A DNA stretch of 45,207 nt from a virus (taxonomy: Duplodnaviria; Caudoviricetes), in IMG/VR virus record IMGVR_UViG_3300037424_001538, positions 1-45,207 of that record; one strand, given 5' to 3'. Shown here piece after piece: positions 18,037 through 26,669 of the stretch. How positions within the stretch are numbered: position 1 is the first letter of the stretch; the number at the start of each line of letters is the position of its first letter. Position numbers and translations under genes: made by a program. The notes beneath the pieces are model-generated. The model saw only the letters and a program-made list of their open reading frames with translations. It did not search any database and was not told the origin of the DNA.

Positions 18037-20775
18037 CTAGTACTTCATCAGGTCATCGGGTGGCTTCGACCAGCGTGTTACTACTTTGGTGTCAGCCTTC
18101 CATGCGACACGAGGTAACCAATATGACGCTGTGCTCTCCATGACCTGAGGCAGTATCACCTCCAGCCGTGGTGCTAGGAATCGTGGACACCTGATGAGGA
18201 TCGAGTCATGCACTAGCAGTACAACCTCTAACCCCCTGCGTGCAAGTATGTTCGCCGATAGGAGACAAGTGTCGCTCGCTGTCCCCGCAACGGTAGCATG
18301 CACAGCCGCCTTCCTTACATCGTCAAGAAGTGTCCTGTTTTCGGGATAGTGCCGTGTCTCAGGTGTAAGAGCGTATAGCTCTGGGAAGGACCTTCGTCTG
18401 CCGTGTACTGTAACGACGTACCCGTACCTCAGTGCGTTGGCATACTGTTCTTTCTTCCACTGCACCAATCGAGACATGTTTGCTTCGTACTTTCGCACGA
18501 ACGCTTTGGCCTGCGCTACAGGAATGCCTGTGTCTTGCGCAAAGGAGTTCTCATTGCCACCGTAGAGGTATGAGAAGTTGAACATTTTCACCTGAACACG
18601 AAGCTCATCCCATGTGTACTTGGCCTCCTCAAGAGATATGCCCCTTTGCCTTGCTATGTCCTCAGGAGTGCCGAACATTGCCAGAGTAGCTTCTGTGTGC
18701 AGGTCTCGATCGTCGCGATACACTCTAATAAGGAACGGGTCTTCGCTGTAGTGGGCTGCTGCTCGAAGCTCGGCCTGTGAATAGTCGGCGATGACTAGAA
18801 CTGCCTCGATGTCCTCATCGGTCAGGCTAGCCGGGTTGGGTATCAGCGATGCATGCAGCTTCTCACCAGTAAGAGGATCTCGTGCCAGCCAATCCCAATC
18901 GACGTTGCATATGCTGAGATCATCTGACAGGTAACATGCAAGCTCGTCCTGTGTGTATGGCGATGCAATGAAGGCACCACGGATCGCTTGCCCGTATCTG
19001 TCGCTGGGTCGAGGGATGGTTTGCAGCGCGGGATCTCGCACGGCGAGGCGCCCAACCTCAGTTCCCATGACACGCTGGTCAGCATGCACCCTTCCATTGA
19101 CATCACAGTACTCGAGCATGTTATCGATGTAACCCGACTTGATCTTCTGCACGCGTCGGTGTGCCTTAAGCCGTGCGACAAAGGGATCATTGGTAACGGC
19201 TAACAAAGCAGTCAGAATACCACTAGCGGTTGAGTTGTTAGGGTTCTTCGACTTGCCCTTGTGGACCCGTTTGCCGATCATCTTGGATAGTTGGCTGGGC
19301 CGAGGTAGCTTACGATCGACGTAGAGGATGTCTGCTACCTGACCAGATGCATTGGGGTTGAAGTCCGGCTTGCCACAAAACTCCCTGAGCTGACGGGTGT
19401 GCTCTGCTATTTCCTGCTCCATAACCTTCTGAACGTTCTCGAGGTATGGCACGTCGACGCCAATACCCCTGAACTCCACCCCACTCAAGAAGTCCTGAGC
19501 AGGCATGAGCAGGTTCATGAATGGCCAGTCGTAAGCGGTAGCATCTCGGGTTTCGGCATGTGTCGCAATCGTTTTGTAGGCATCGCTAAAGGCTGGTCGA
19601 GCCTTGAGGCGTTTCTCGAACCTACCCTTGAGAGCCAGAGTGACTGTACCATCCCACGCCGCATATAGCGCTAACTTTTCATAGGGAATTTTTGAATACC
19701 AGTCGTTACTATTCCGGAGGTATTGTTTAATTATCTCGGCTTCGTAATCAGCGATACCATACTCATCCTGGGCCAATCGCTTTAGCCCGTGAGGATCGTT
19801 CTCAGCCAGCACATAGTGGGCTAGCATGGTGTCGAAATCAACTCTGCCGTGTACTCCTAAGGTTTTTAAGAACACCACGTCGAATTTACCATTGTGGGCA
19901 ATAGTTTTCGACTTGTGGAAGAACTCGTCTAAGATACCTGGTGCGCGTGAGTGGTATAGCACGTCGGCACTAACAATGTAACTCCTCTTGAGTATCCACG
20001 TCAGCACCATCATCAAGATGCCGTCACCCTTCTCATCAGGACGATCGAACCACTGCACTTGATTGGTCTCGAGGTCGAATGCAGCCCACGCATCCTTAGG
20101 TGCTCTACCTACCAAGGCGTCGAGATCCTGAATATTGTTGATATACACAACCTCAGGAGCCTGCAGCAGTATACCAGCATCCTTGGCAAACACCCGTGCG
20201 ATACCCTTTTTGAACCCTGACATCTCAGTCGGCTTGCGAGATACATATGCTGGGTGATACTCAGTCATGATCCGCTTGCCGGCCAACACACTACTGTCCG
20301 GTGCATCGAACCAGCGCGCGCGCCGTGCGGAGGGACTGAGCGCAGCCGCTTCGCGTAAGCCGGCGACGGCACCTAGCACAACCTCAGCAGCGTACTTGCC
20401 TAATGCGACGACTCTCTTGCCCTCGAACTCCTTGAGCTCGGCCTTGAGACGAGGGTAGCACGCTTCAACCGCATCTTGATAGTTCTCTAGTACATTGTCA
20501 GGTGGGCGACACGATACCACATTAGTCTTGGAGACCAGTTCGATAGCCCCACCACCAGACCTAACCGCTCGCTCAAGCAGCTGACCTGACACGCCTACGA
20601 ACGGCTCGCCCTTCTGTACTTCCTCTCGACCAGGCGCCTCACCTACAAACACAACGTCAGTCCCCTCCACCCATTTGGAGGGGACATATTCGCCGAGGTC
20701 GAGGAGTGGGCAATCTTCGCATCGGGCGCAGGGATGTTTGCGCACGGCAAGTTCGTGCTGGTTAGGCGATATCAC
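18037..20775 (-). CDS. polA: Family A DNA polymerase with N-terminal family-4 uracil-DNA-glycosylase-like domain and 3'-5' exonuclease
   Basis: CARCEDCPL, VGEAPG, TNVVSCRPP, YHPAY (UDG4); FDLET, HNGKFD, YAAWD (Exo I-III); ADYSQAELR, KMFNFSYLYG, VHDS (Pol A/B/C). GTG start at 20775 with GGAGG. Confidence 0.95.
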   Translation of the reverse strand: MISPNQHELAVRKHPCARCEDCPLLDLGEYVPSKWVEGTDVVFVGEAPGREEVQKGEPFVGVSGQLLERAVRSGGGAIELVSKTNVVSCRPPDNVLENYQDAVEACYPRLKAELKEFEGKRVVALGKYAAEVVLGAVAGLREAAALSPSARRARWFDAPDSSVLAGKRIMTEYHPAYVSRKPTEMSGFKKGIARVFAKDAGILLQAPEVVYINNIQDLDALVGRAPKDAWAAFDLETNQVQWFDRPDEKGDGILMMVLTWILKRSYIVSADVLYHSRAPGILDEFFHKSKTIAHNGKFDVVFLKTLGVHGRVDFDTMLAHYVLAENDPHGLKRLAQDEYGIADYEAEIIKQYLRNSNDWYSKIPYEKLALYAAWDGTVTLALKGRFEKRLKARPAFSDAYKTIATHAETRDATAYDWPFMNLLMPAQDFLSGVEFRGIGVDVPYLENVQKVMEQEIAEHTRQLREFCGKPDFNPNASGQVADILYVDRKLPRPSQLSKMIGKRVHKGKSKNPNNSTASGILTALLAVTNDPFVARLKAHRRVQKIKSGYIDNMLEYCDVNGRVHADQRVMGTEVGRLAVRDPALQTIPRPSDRYGQAIRGAFIASPYTQDELACYLSDDLSICNVDWDWLARDPLTGEKLHASLIPNPASLTDEDIEAVLVIADYSQAELRAAAHYSEDPFLIRVYRDDRDLHTEATLAMFGTPEDIARQRGISLEEAKYTWDELRVQVKMFNFSYLYGGNENSFAQDTGIPVAQAKAFVRKYEANMSRLVQWKKEQYANALRYGYVVTVHGRRRSFPELYALTPETRHYPENRTLLDDVRKAAVHATVAGTASDTCLLSANILARRGLEVVLLVHDSILIRCPRFLAPRLEVILPQVMESTASYWLPRVAWKADTKVVTRWSKPPDDLMKY

Positions 20776-20968
20776 AGAGTGCCTCCTCCAACTTCTCCCA
20801 CAACTCACTGGCGCACACCTCACATATTACAAAGGTGTGTATTAGAGCCGCGCCCCGAGGGGCTATCTCAATCTTGAAGGTGTTGAGGTAGGCGCCGCCA
20901 CCGGACTCGAGCTCCTCTCTGGTGTGTGCCAAGCATGTCCGGTCCGGTGCTAGTTTCACGGCAACCAT
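20762..20968 (-). CDS. Hypothetical protein
   Basis: ATG at 20968 with GAGGG; fills the gap between the TGT-like gene and polA. Confidence 0.45.
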   Translation of the reverse strand: MVAVKLAPDRTCLAHTREELESGGGAYLNTFKIEIAPRGAALIHTFVICEVCASELWEKLEEALCDIA

Positions 20969-21732
20969 GTTATGTCCCTCGAGCACCAGGCATCGATCGT
21001 GTTCGTGTTGACCATGGTAAGATGGATTACAGACATGTCGCGCTCGGTGATCTGCATCTCCCAATCCAGAGACGCTCTCGCTCCTCCACGGATGACCCTT
21101 AGCCCCTTGTGAGCAGCAGCAGCAGCCAAACCACTGTCAATGCCTCTCACCCCTGAGTATGTGTCTTTCGCCACTTTGATCTCTCTAAACGCGTCTCCCC
21201 AGATCCCCAATAGATGAATATGGTGGGTATGCTGAAAGGCGCGTCTTATCAGAGCTGTGAGTGCGTAGGACCTGCCACCAGGCAACCTCTCTAGGTGCTT
21301 AGGTAGTCCGATGGCAGCGTACTTCCCACGTAGATAATGGTCGATTGTCCTCAGACAGTACTCCCACTCATCCCAGCTGTCTCCCTGTGGCACGATCATT
21401 CGCCGGCGTGGCGGTACCCAGTCAAGGTAACGCTGTGTGCAGGTGGCTTTTATAGTGGCGTCAGCATTCCTGAGAACGTCGGGTAGTATGATCTCGTCGG
21501 CGCCCACTTCGTTAGCCGCCTCTACAATGAGCTCAAATGAGACTGTGTCTTCCTCAGCAGCCCCGTTGTCTACGATCAGGAATCCTCCACGCTGCAGGCT
21601 CTGCTTGACCACTTCCCTGTATATAGGGTGTCGTACAAGCTCCTGACCAAGAGCGAAGTGGTACCCACGGCCGCCTCCATACCACTCCATTAAAGAAGTT
21701 AGCTGAGGTGGTGCTATGATTGCGTACTTCAC
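20956..21732 (-). CDS. TGT/DpdA-like TIM-barrel base-exchange enzyme (divergent)
   Basis: Motif order IVDNG, LPDV, IVPQG, AIGLP, HLLG, GIDSG parallels TGT-fold motifs; located in the que cluster; GTG at 21732 is coupled to the upstream stop. Confidence 0.6.
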   Translation of the reverse strand: MKYAIIAPPQLTSLMEWYGGGRGYHFALGQELVRHPIYREVVKQSLQRGGFLIVDNGAAEEDTVSFELIVEAANEVGADEIILPDVLRNADATIKATCTQRYLDWVPPRRRMIVPQGDSWDEWEYCLRTIDHYLRGKYAAIGLPKHLERLPGGRSYALTALIRRAFQHTHHIHLLGIWGDAFREIKVAKDTYSGVRGIDSGLAAAAAHKGLRVIRGGARASLDWEMQITERDMSVIHLTMVNTNTIDAWCSRDITWLP

Positions 21733-22025
21733 TGCACTGGCTCCTTCTCTAGAACGCGAAGGTGTGACGACATAACCCAACCTTCCACGCCCGTTGAGTC
21801 CTTGACGTTCCGCCACTGGTTACTAAGTCGATCGGTACGAGCCAAGCTTAAGTCGATGACGACACTCCCCATCGAAAGTGTCTTGATCGTGATGCCTAGG
21901 GGCTCCTCCATGAGGTACGTCTCCTCTTCAACCACGACGAGCTGGCGGCCTAAATTCTGATACCCTCCTCCACAACTACTTAACAGTAGCAGGAGGATCA
22001 AGACGATTATGAGTAGCTTCATCAC
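21729..22025 (-). CDS. Small lipoprotein with SH3b-like domain
   Basis: Lipobox LLLSSC; WRNVKDSTGVEGWVMSSHL. Confidence 0.65.
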   Translation of the reverse strand: MMKLLIIVLILLLLLSSCGGGYQNLGRQLVVVEEETYLMEEPLGITIKTLSMGSVVIDLSLARTDRLSNQWRNVKDSTGVEGWVMSSHLRVLEKEPVQ

Positions 22026-22912
22026 CTTATCCTGTGCGGCCGGATGAGCTCGAAGAACTCATCTCGGGCTGACGGGTTCGACATAAACATACCTTCAGGC
22101 CGTGAAGTGACCATCGCGCCGTTGTGCTTTCGCACGCCGCGGCACGACATACAACTGTGCGAGGCTTCGATCACCACCATCACGCCATGAGGGTTGAGAC
22201 GCTCTTTCAGGTCCTTGGCTATCTGAGCCGTAAGCCGCTCCTGCACCTGGGGTCGTCGTGCCCAGAAGTCAACCAGGCGAGGAATCTTGGACAGGCCCAC
22301 CTGCAGCTTGTTCGCGATGTAGGCGACGTGAGCCACCCCCATAAATGGCAACAAGTGGTGTGCACAGAGTGAGCTGAACTCGATTCCCGGCACACACACA
22401 ATTTGACCGGGATCCGACTTGAAGGTGGTGAACTCAAATGGCAGTGCTACCTCACCTGGAATAGCCACCTCTTTCGAGCACAGCTCGCCCATCTCGGCCC
22501 AGTACCCCAACACCCGCTTCGCTGTCTTTTCGACGCCGTCGTCGAACATGTGCTCGCCAAAGATTCGAGCCAGGATGTCTCCCAGCGTGGTCGCGTCCAT
22601 TTCTGGAGGGGAGAAGATCTTTGGATTGTAGTCCAGGGTCTCCTGAACCTGTTCGGCCGTGGCATCGTAGGGATTATTAGACATGTCGGGCTCCGTTGTT
22701 CCTATGATAAGGTTGTCGTCGTTGTATGTGTATGTCAGTACTAGGTTGTATTCTTTGGCTGAGCGAACGGCGCGAGCTGCCATACCGTGATGGAGAATGT
22801 CTAAGGTGTACAAGATGCCCTTTAGGTCTTTCACCACAACACGCTGTGTGGGGCTGTGCTCATCAGGTTCGTAGATGTGATGTACGGTTCCTGTAATCTC
22901 TCGCTCCATCAC
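22022..22912 (-). CDS. folE: GTP cyclohydrolase I with N-terminal extension
   Basis: FSSLCAHHLLPF, GLSKIPRLV, RPQVQERLT, HSCMSCRG. Confidence 0.95.
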   Translation of the reverse strand: MMEREITGTVHHIYEPDEHSPTQRVVVKDLKGILYTLDILHHGMAARAVRSAKEYNLVLTYTYNDDNLIIGTTEPDMSNNPYDATAEQVQETLDYNPKIFSPPEMDATTLGDILARIFGEHMFDDGVEKTAKRVLGYWAEMGELCSKEVAIPGEVALPFEFTTFKSDPGQIVCVPGIEFSSLCAHHLLPFMGVAHVAYIANKLQVGLSKIPRLVDFWARRPQVQERLTAQIAKDLKERLNPHGVMVVIEASHSCMSCRGVRKHNGAMVTSRPEGMFMSNPSARDEFFELIRPHRIR

Positions 22913-23679
22913 GTGCCTCGCGTGTTGCCAAAGAGTGTGATGTGCAGGCGTGTCGTTAGGTTGTAACCGCGATCGATAGCTCCGTTGAGCACGTCTTTCG
23001 AGTGCTGGCTGATTGCCTGGTCGGTGATGCCTTCGGGCATGATGTACACGTTAGAAGGCTTCACTCCCGCCGAGGATACGATCCAGTCGATCTCCTTGAA
23101 GTCGTCTGCCGAGTTGACCACGAACTTGAAGCCCGAGCTGGTCTCGGCGAACCAGGTCAGCGCCTCGAGATCAAACCTGGTCTTCTTGTCGTTGCCACTG
23201 TTTGCTAGCTTGGGCGAAACACTGAACCACGAGACGTAGGGTCGAACGTACTGAGGCGCGATGGTGCCATTGGTCTCCATGTGCACCAACCACTGTGACC
23301 ACCATGACGAGTTCGGAGACACCCACAGTTCCTTGAAAAGTTCTGCAAGCTGTGCCTCCTGCAGCATTGGCTCGCCGCCGGTGACGACTAGCATGCGAAC
23401 CTTGGTACCCTGGTGAAAGTTCCGCAGCCAATGGATAATGTCGAGCACCTCCACCTTCTTCAGCTCGGTTCGAGGGTCATACTTCTTGCCCGTCACGCCG
23501 GTCCAGTCCCAGGTGTAGGCACTGTCGCACTTCCAGATGCTGGGGTCGGTTTGCCACCCTTTGCCGCACTGGAGGTTGCATCCGCCTAGCCGCATGAAGG
23601 TGCAAGGTGTGCCAATAAATGGTCCTTCACCCTGTACTGTCGGCTTGTCGTACAGTTCACTGATCAGAAGCTTGGTCAT
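22909..23679 (-). CDS. queE: 7-carboxy-7-deazaguanine synthase (radical SAM)
   Basis: TVQGEG, RLGGCNLQC...CDS, TGGEPMLQ, ETNGT, VSPKL, KFVV, RLH. Confidence 0.93.
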   Translation of the reverse strand: MTKLLISELYDKPTVQGEGPFIGTPCTFMRLGGCNLQCGKGWQTDPSIWKCDSAYTWDWTGVTGKKYDPRTELKKVEVLDIIHWLRNFHQGTKVRMLVVTGGEPMLQEAQLAELFKELWVSPNSSWWSQWLVHMETNGTIAPQYVRPYVSWFSVSPKLANSGNDKKTRFDLEALTWFAETSSGFKFVVNSADDFKEIDWIVSSAGVKPSNVYIMPEGITDQAISQHSKDVLNGAIDRGYNLTTRLHITLFGNTRGT

Positions 23680-23683
23680 TGCA

Positions 23684-24475
23684 TCACTCCTTCGCGGCCA
23701 TATGCTTGAGGTTATCGGTCAAGGTCGTTCGGGCGAGCTCGATCATGGACTGGTCACCTGCCGCCGCGAAGCCGACCTGCATGGAGAGAGCGTTGAGTGT
23801 GATGTTTAGGTCAGGTCGCGCGCTCTGAGCTAGCCTGAGGTATCCCTGGGCGTCGTTGTAGTGATCGACGAAGTATGGGCTCTTCAAGGCTCTGGTCAGC
23901 TTGTTGTGCACCAGGATGATGCAGAAAGCGATGTCGCCCACTCGGTTCAGCTCATCGGTATGCTCATGAATCCACCGACCCGTGACCAACCATGCGTCGC
24001 CATACATCTCGTTCCGATCGTGCATCAGGAGAGCAATCTCGTTAGCCCCTTCGATCGGACCCCATGAGATTTCGGTCTCGGGTATGTAGGTCGCCGACGT
24101 GCCGTCAGTCTCCTCGACAGACACCGAGCACAGCTCAGGAATGCTGGCCTGGAAGAACTCGAACAGGAACCTGGCGATGTTCTCAGCTGTGGTCTCGATG
24201 TGGGCCTGTGCCATCGGGTGATCGTTCAGAAACGCTAGACTAGGTAGGCTCTCGTTGAGATTTCGGTGGTCGAAGTACTTCTCGATGATGGGCTTGACGT
24301 TCTCGCTGATCTCGCCGTAGTCACGAACGAAGCCCATCTCGTCGAGTTCGCTCGACCTTAAACCGAACTCGACAACGTACGAATGACCGTGGAGCCTGCC
24401 GCATTTGTGGCCTTCGGGCACCTTGGTTAGTTGGTGAGCTGCTTCGAACCTAAAGCGTTTAGTGATGATATACAT
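23684..24475 (-). CDS. queD: 6-carboxytetrahydropterin synthase fused to a C-terminal DUF6378/Nmad1-like helical domain
   Basis: FEAAHQL, CGRLHGHSY, DHRNLN, TTAENIA, VEET; C-terminal DRNEMYGD...KLTR...DHYNDAQGY. Confidence 0.88.
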   Translation of the reverse strand: MYIITKRFRFEAAHQLTKVPEGHKCGRLHGHSYVVEFGLRSSELDEMGFVRDYGEISENVKPIIEKYFDHRNLNESLPSLAFLNDHPMAQAHIETTAENIARFLFEFFQASIPELCSVSVEETDGTSATYIPETEISWGPIEGANEIALLMHDRNEMYGDAWLVTGRWIHEHTDELNRVGDIAFCIILVHNKLTRALKSPYFVDHYNDAQGYLRLAQSARPDLNITLNALSMQVGFAAAGDQSMIELARTTLTDNLKHMAAKE

Positions 24476-24483
24476 ACTGCTCC

Positions 24484-25230
24484 TTATACGACGCCATAAG
24501 GCGACTTGTACTCGAACTTGCGAAGGACGCTAATACCCGTAGAGAAGTCAATGTCAGCGTTAGGTTGCGCTGCCAACCTTACCACGGTGCCTTCTACCAG
24601 CAGGTCATTCCCGTCGAAGATGCCCTCGACCATAGCACTGCTGAAGTAGTAGACGCCATCAATGCGGCGAGTGTAGATAGTCGACATCACACGCCACAGA
24701 TAGAGCCATTTGGTAGCGTCGTCCCACAGCCAGCAGCCAGCTTGACCTTCAAGGGCTTCCATAGTGTTGCCAATAGCGTCGGCCACCATGGACCCTCGCT
24801 CGAAGTGGTACTGGATGCCCGCCGCGATGGCTGCTGAGTCTACCTCGGTGTACGCAAGGCGGCCGTGATCAGCATCGTGCATCCAGGTTGCCGGAGTCTC
24901 GTCTTGCCAGTTCAGCAGGAGGCCATTGTGTGCAACCAGAAACCGACCAATGGCAAACGGGTGAATGTTGTCAAGATCGTCGTTCTGACCACCTGTCGGT
25001 GCTCTTGTGTGTATGGCACACACCGTGCCTAGGCGAGCTGCTTGGACCGCCAACTCTGGGTTGATCTCGGCAGTCTCCCTTACGAGGTAGCTTCCCACCC
25101 CTCGTGACCACGTCCAGGCACCGTATCCCAGGCTACCCCTTGACACATTGGCTTTGACGACCTTGGTGAACAAATCGCCATCTGCCCTTTTACCGGCAGT
25201 GACGACGACGAAGCCCATGATGCCACACAT
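24484..25230 (-). CDS. Class II (Ntn) glutamine amidotransferase, stand-alone
   Basis: MCGIMG, HTRAPT, HPF, AHNG, VDS. Confidence 0.88.
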   Translation of the reverse strand: MCGIMGFVVVTAGKRADGDLFTKVVKANVSRGSLGYGAWTWSRGVGSYLVRETAEINPELAVQAARLGTVCAIHTRAPTGGQNDDLDNIHPFAIGRFLVAHNGLLLNWQDETPATWMHDADHGRLAYTEVDSAAIAAGIQYHFERGSMVADAIGNTMEALEGQAGCWLWDDATKWLYLWRVMSTIYTRRIDGVYYFSSAMVEGIFDGNDLLVEGTVVRLAAQPNADIDFSTGISVLRKFEYKSPYGVV

Positions 25231-25231
25231 G

Positions 25232-25450
25232 CTACTTGTCCTTTATCAGCTCTTCGATCTTCTTGCGTATTGCTTGGTTCATCGTCACCCTGGCGTTGTG
25301 CTCGTACAACGCAACAAACGCCTTATACTTGGCAAACCCCATTGCAAGGTTTCTAGCTACGACGTACGACACGAAAGACAGGACGATGCCTGCAATGGTC
25401 AGCTGGGCTAGAAGAATCCAAAAGATAGACCACGGTAGTGGGTACAGCAT
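25232..25450 (-). CDS. Small membrane protein
   Basis: Long hydrophobic N-terminus; coupled to neighbouring genes. Confidence 0.55.
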   Translation of the reverse strand: MLYPLPWSIFWILLAQLTIAGIVLSFVSYVVARNLAMGFAKYKAFVALYEHNARVTMNQAIRKKIEELIKDK

Positions 25451-25866
25451 CAGACAGTCCCCTTATACGGCGGCACTGCTGGCAGATCGTGGACGTTGGG
25501 ATGATAGTCTTCAGTAGACTCTACCTGACCGGGCCTGAAGCAGCGGCGATGATCCTCAAACCAAACCTCGACGCTATCGACTGGCATGTTGAGAGATGGA
25601 TCCCCATGCGGGTAGCTGATGACAGGGCCGGCGCGACCCAAGTCGGGATCGTCGCTCTTGATGCCATTGTTGTCGGTACTGACCACCTCTACGATCTCGC
25701 CAATGTCGTAGGTAGCGGTGTAGCCCCCGCCACTGTAATACACTCGAGTCTTTGAGTCGTAGCAGAGGCTGTCTATCTCAATGAAACTCACGCGACAACC
25801 GGCCTCGATGCTCAAGAGCTCCACGACCCTCTCGATTGGGAGGCCCTTGACCGCAATGATCCTCAT
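25450..25866 (-). CDS. Hypothetical protein
   Basis: ATG at 25866 with AGGAG after the queC stop. Confidence 0.5.
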   Translation of the reverse strand: MRIIAVKGLPIERVVELLSIEAGCRVSFIEIDSLCYDSKTRVYYSGGGYTATYDIGEIVEVVSTDNNGIKSDDPDLGRAGPVISYPHGDPSLNMPVDSVEVWFEDHRRCFRPGQVESTEDYHPNVHDLPAVPPYKGTV

Positions 25867-25877
25867 GATCTTGTCTC

Positions 25878-26564
25878 CTACTCGACGTATGGGAGTGGAT
25901 CCACAACGCCGCACTGTTCGAAGGCTGTGAGACGCTCGACACAAGTGGGACACACACCACACGCTACCTCCCCCCCACGGTAACACGACCAGGTGTGCGA
26001 GTAGTCGACGTCGTTCTGAAGACCCCACCAGATCTCGTCCCGCTTGCTCCACTCGGCAAACGGAGCCAGAACCTTGATGAGGTGCTTCCGCTGCATGTTG
26101 ACGACGATCTGAACCCTCTCTATGAACGCAGGTGTGGTATCCCAGTAACCGTAGGCGTCATGGCGCTGAACGCCGCAAAGGACTGCTTCAGCGCCAATAG
26201 CCTCGGCCACGGAAAGGCAGATAGAGAGGATTATGAGGTTGCGAAAGGGGACGTATGTGCTAGGCTGAGGATCCCCGAGGACCTGTTTGAGAGTGGGGAC
26301 TGCCTCATCCGGAGCCACAAGTGAACTGCTCCCCAGCATGGCAGCGAAGTGCAACCAGGGCTCGTCACCCGCAGTGAAACTATCCTTAAACAAACCTGCC
26401 TGGTACTCGGCACACTCAAGTTCCTTGAGGTGCTTCTGGCCGTACTGGAAGCTGAGCGCGTGGATCTTGTCGAAGCCCATCTCCTTGTGTGCATAGTGGA
26501 GAAGGGTGGTTGAGTCTAGCCCACCGGAGAGGGCTAGGACTCCGATTCTCTGTGGCTGACGCAT
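25878..26564 (-). CDS. queC: 7-cyano-7-deazaguanine synthase
   Basis: LSGGLDS, YGQKH, TYVPFRN, TWSCY, CGVCPTC. Confidence 0.95.
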   Translation of the reverse strand: MRQPQRIGVLALSGGLDSTTLLHYAHKEMGFDKIHALSFQYGQKHLKELECAEYQAGLFKDSFTAGDEPWLHFAAMLGSSSLVAPDEAVPTLKQVLGDPQPSTYVPFRNLIILSICLSVAEAIGAEAVLCGVQRHDAYGYWDTTPAFIERVQIVVNMQRKHLIKVLAPFAEWSKRDEIWWGLQNDVDYSHTWSCYRGGEVACGVCPTCVERLTAFEQCGVVDPLPYVE

Positions 26565-26597
26565 GGTACACTCCTTTGGCTAGCTTCATATGCTTAT

Positions 26598-26626
26598 ATT
26601 ATAACCCGAATTCGCAGAAAAAGCAA
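26598..26626 (-). promoter_or_regulatory. sigma70 promoter TTGCTT-N17-TATAAT for the que/polA operon
   Basis: Exact spacing; intergenic, upstream of queC. Confidence 0.8.
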
Positions 26627-26669
26627 GCTCCTCATTGCCTTCATAGGCACAACAAAGGCAATGGTAATT

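Noticed and set aside
18800-18963. Intein or intron in polA
   Set aside because: Too short, no C-terminal His-Asn followed by Cys/Ser/Thr, and the frame is uninterrupted.
22022-26564. Host tRNA queuosine biosynthesis operon
   Set aside because: No queF, queA or canonical tgt; the cluster is embedded between the phage primase and polymerase, which favours DNA modification.
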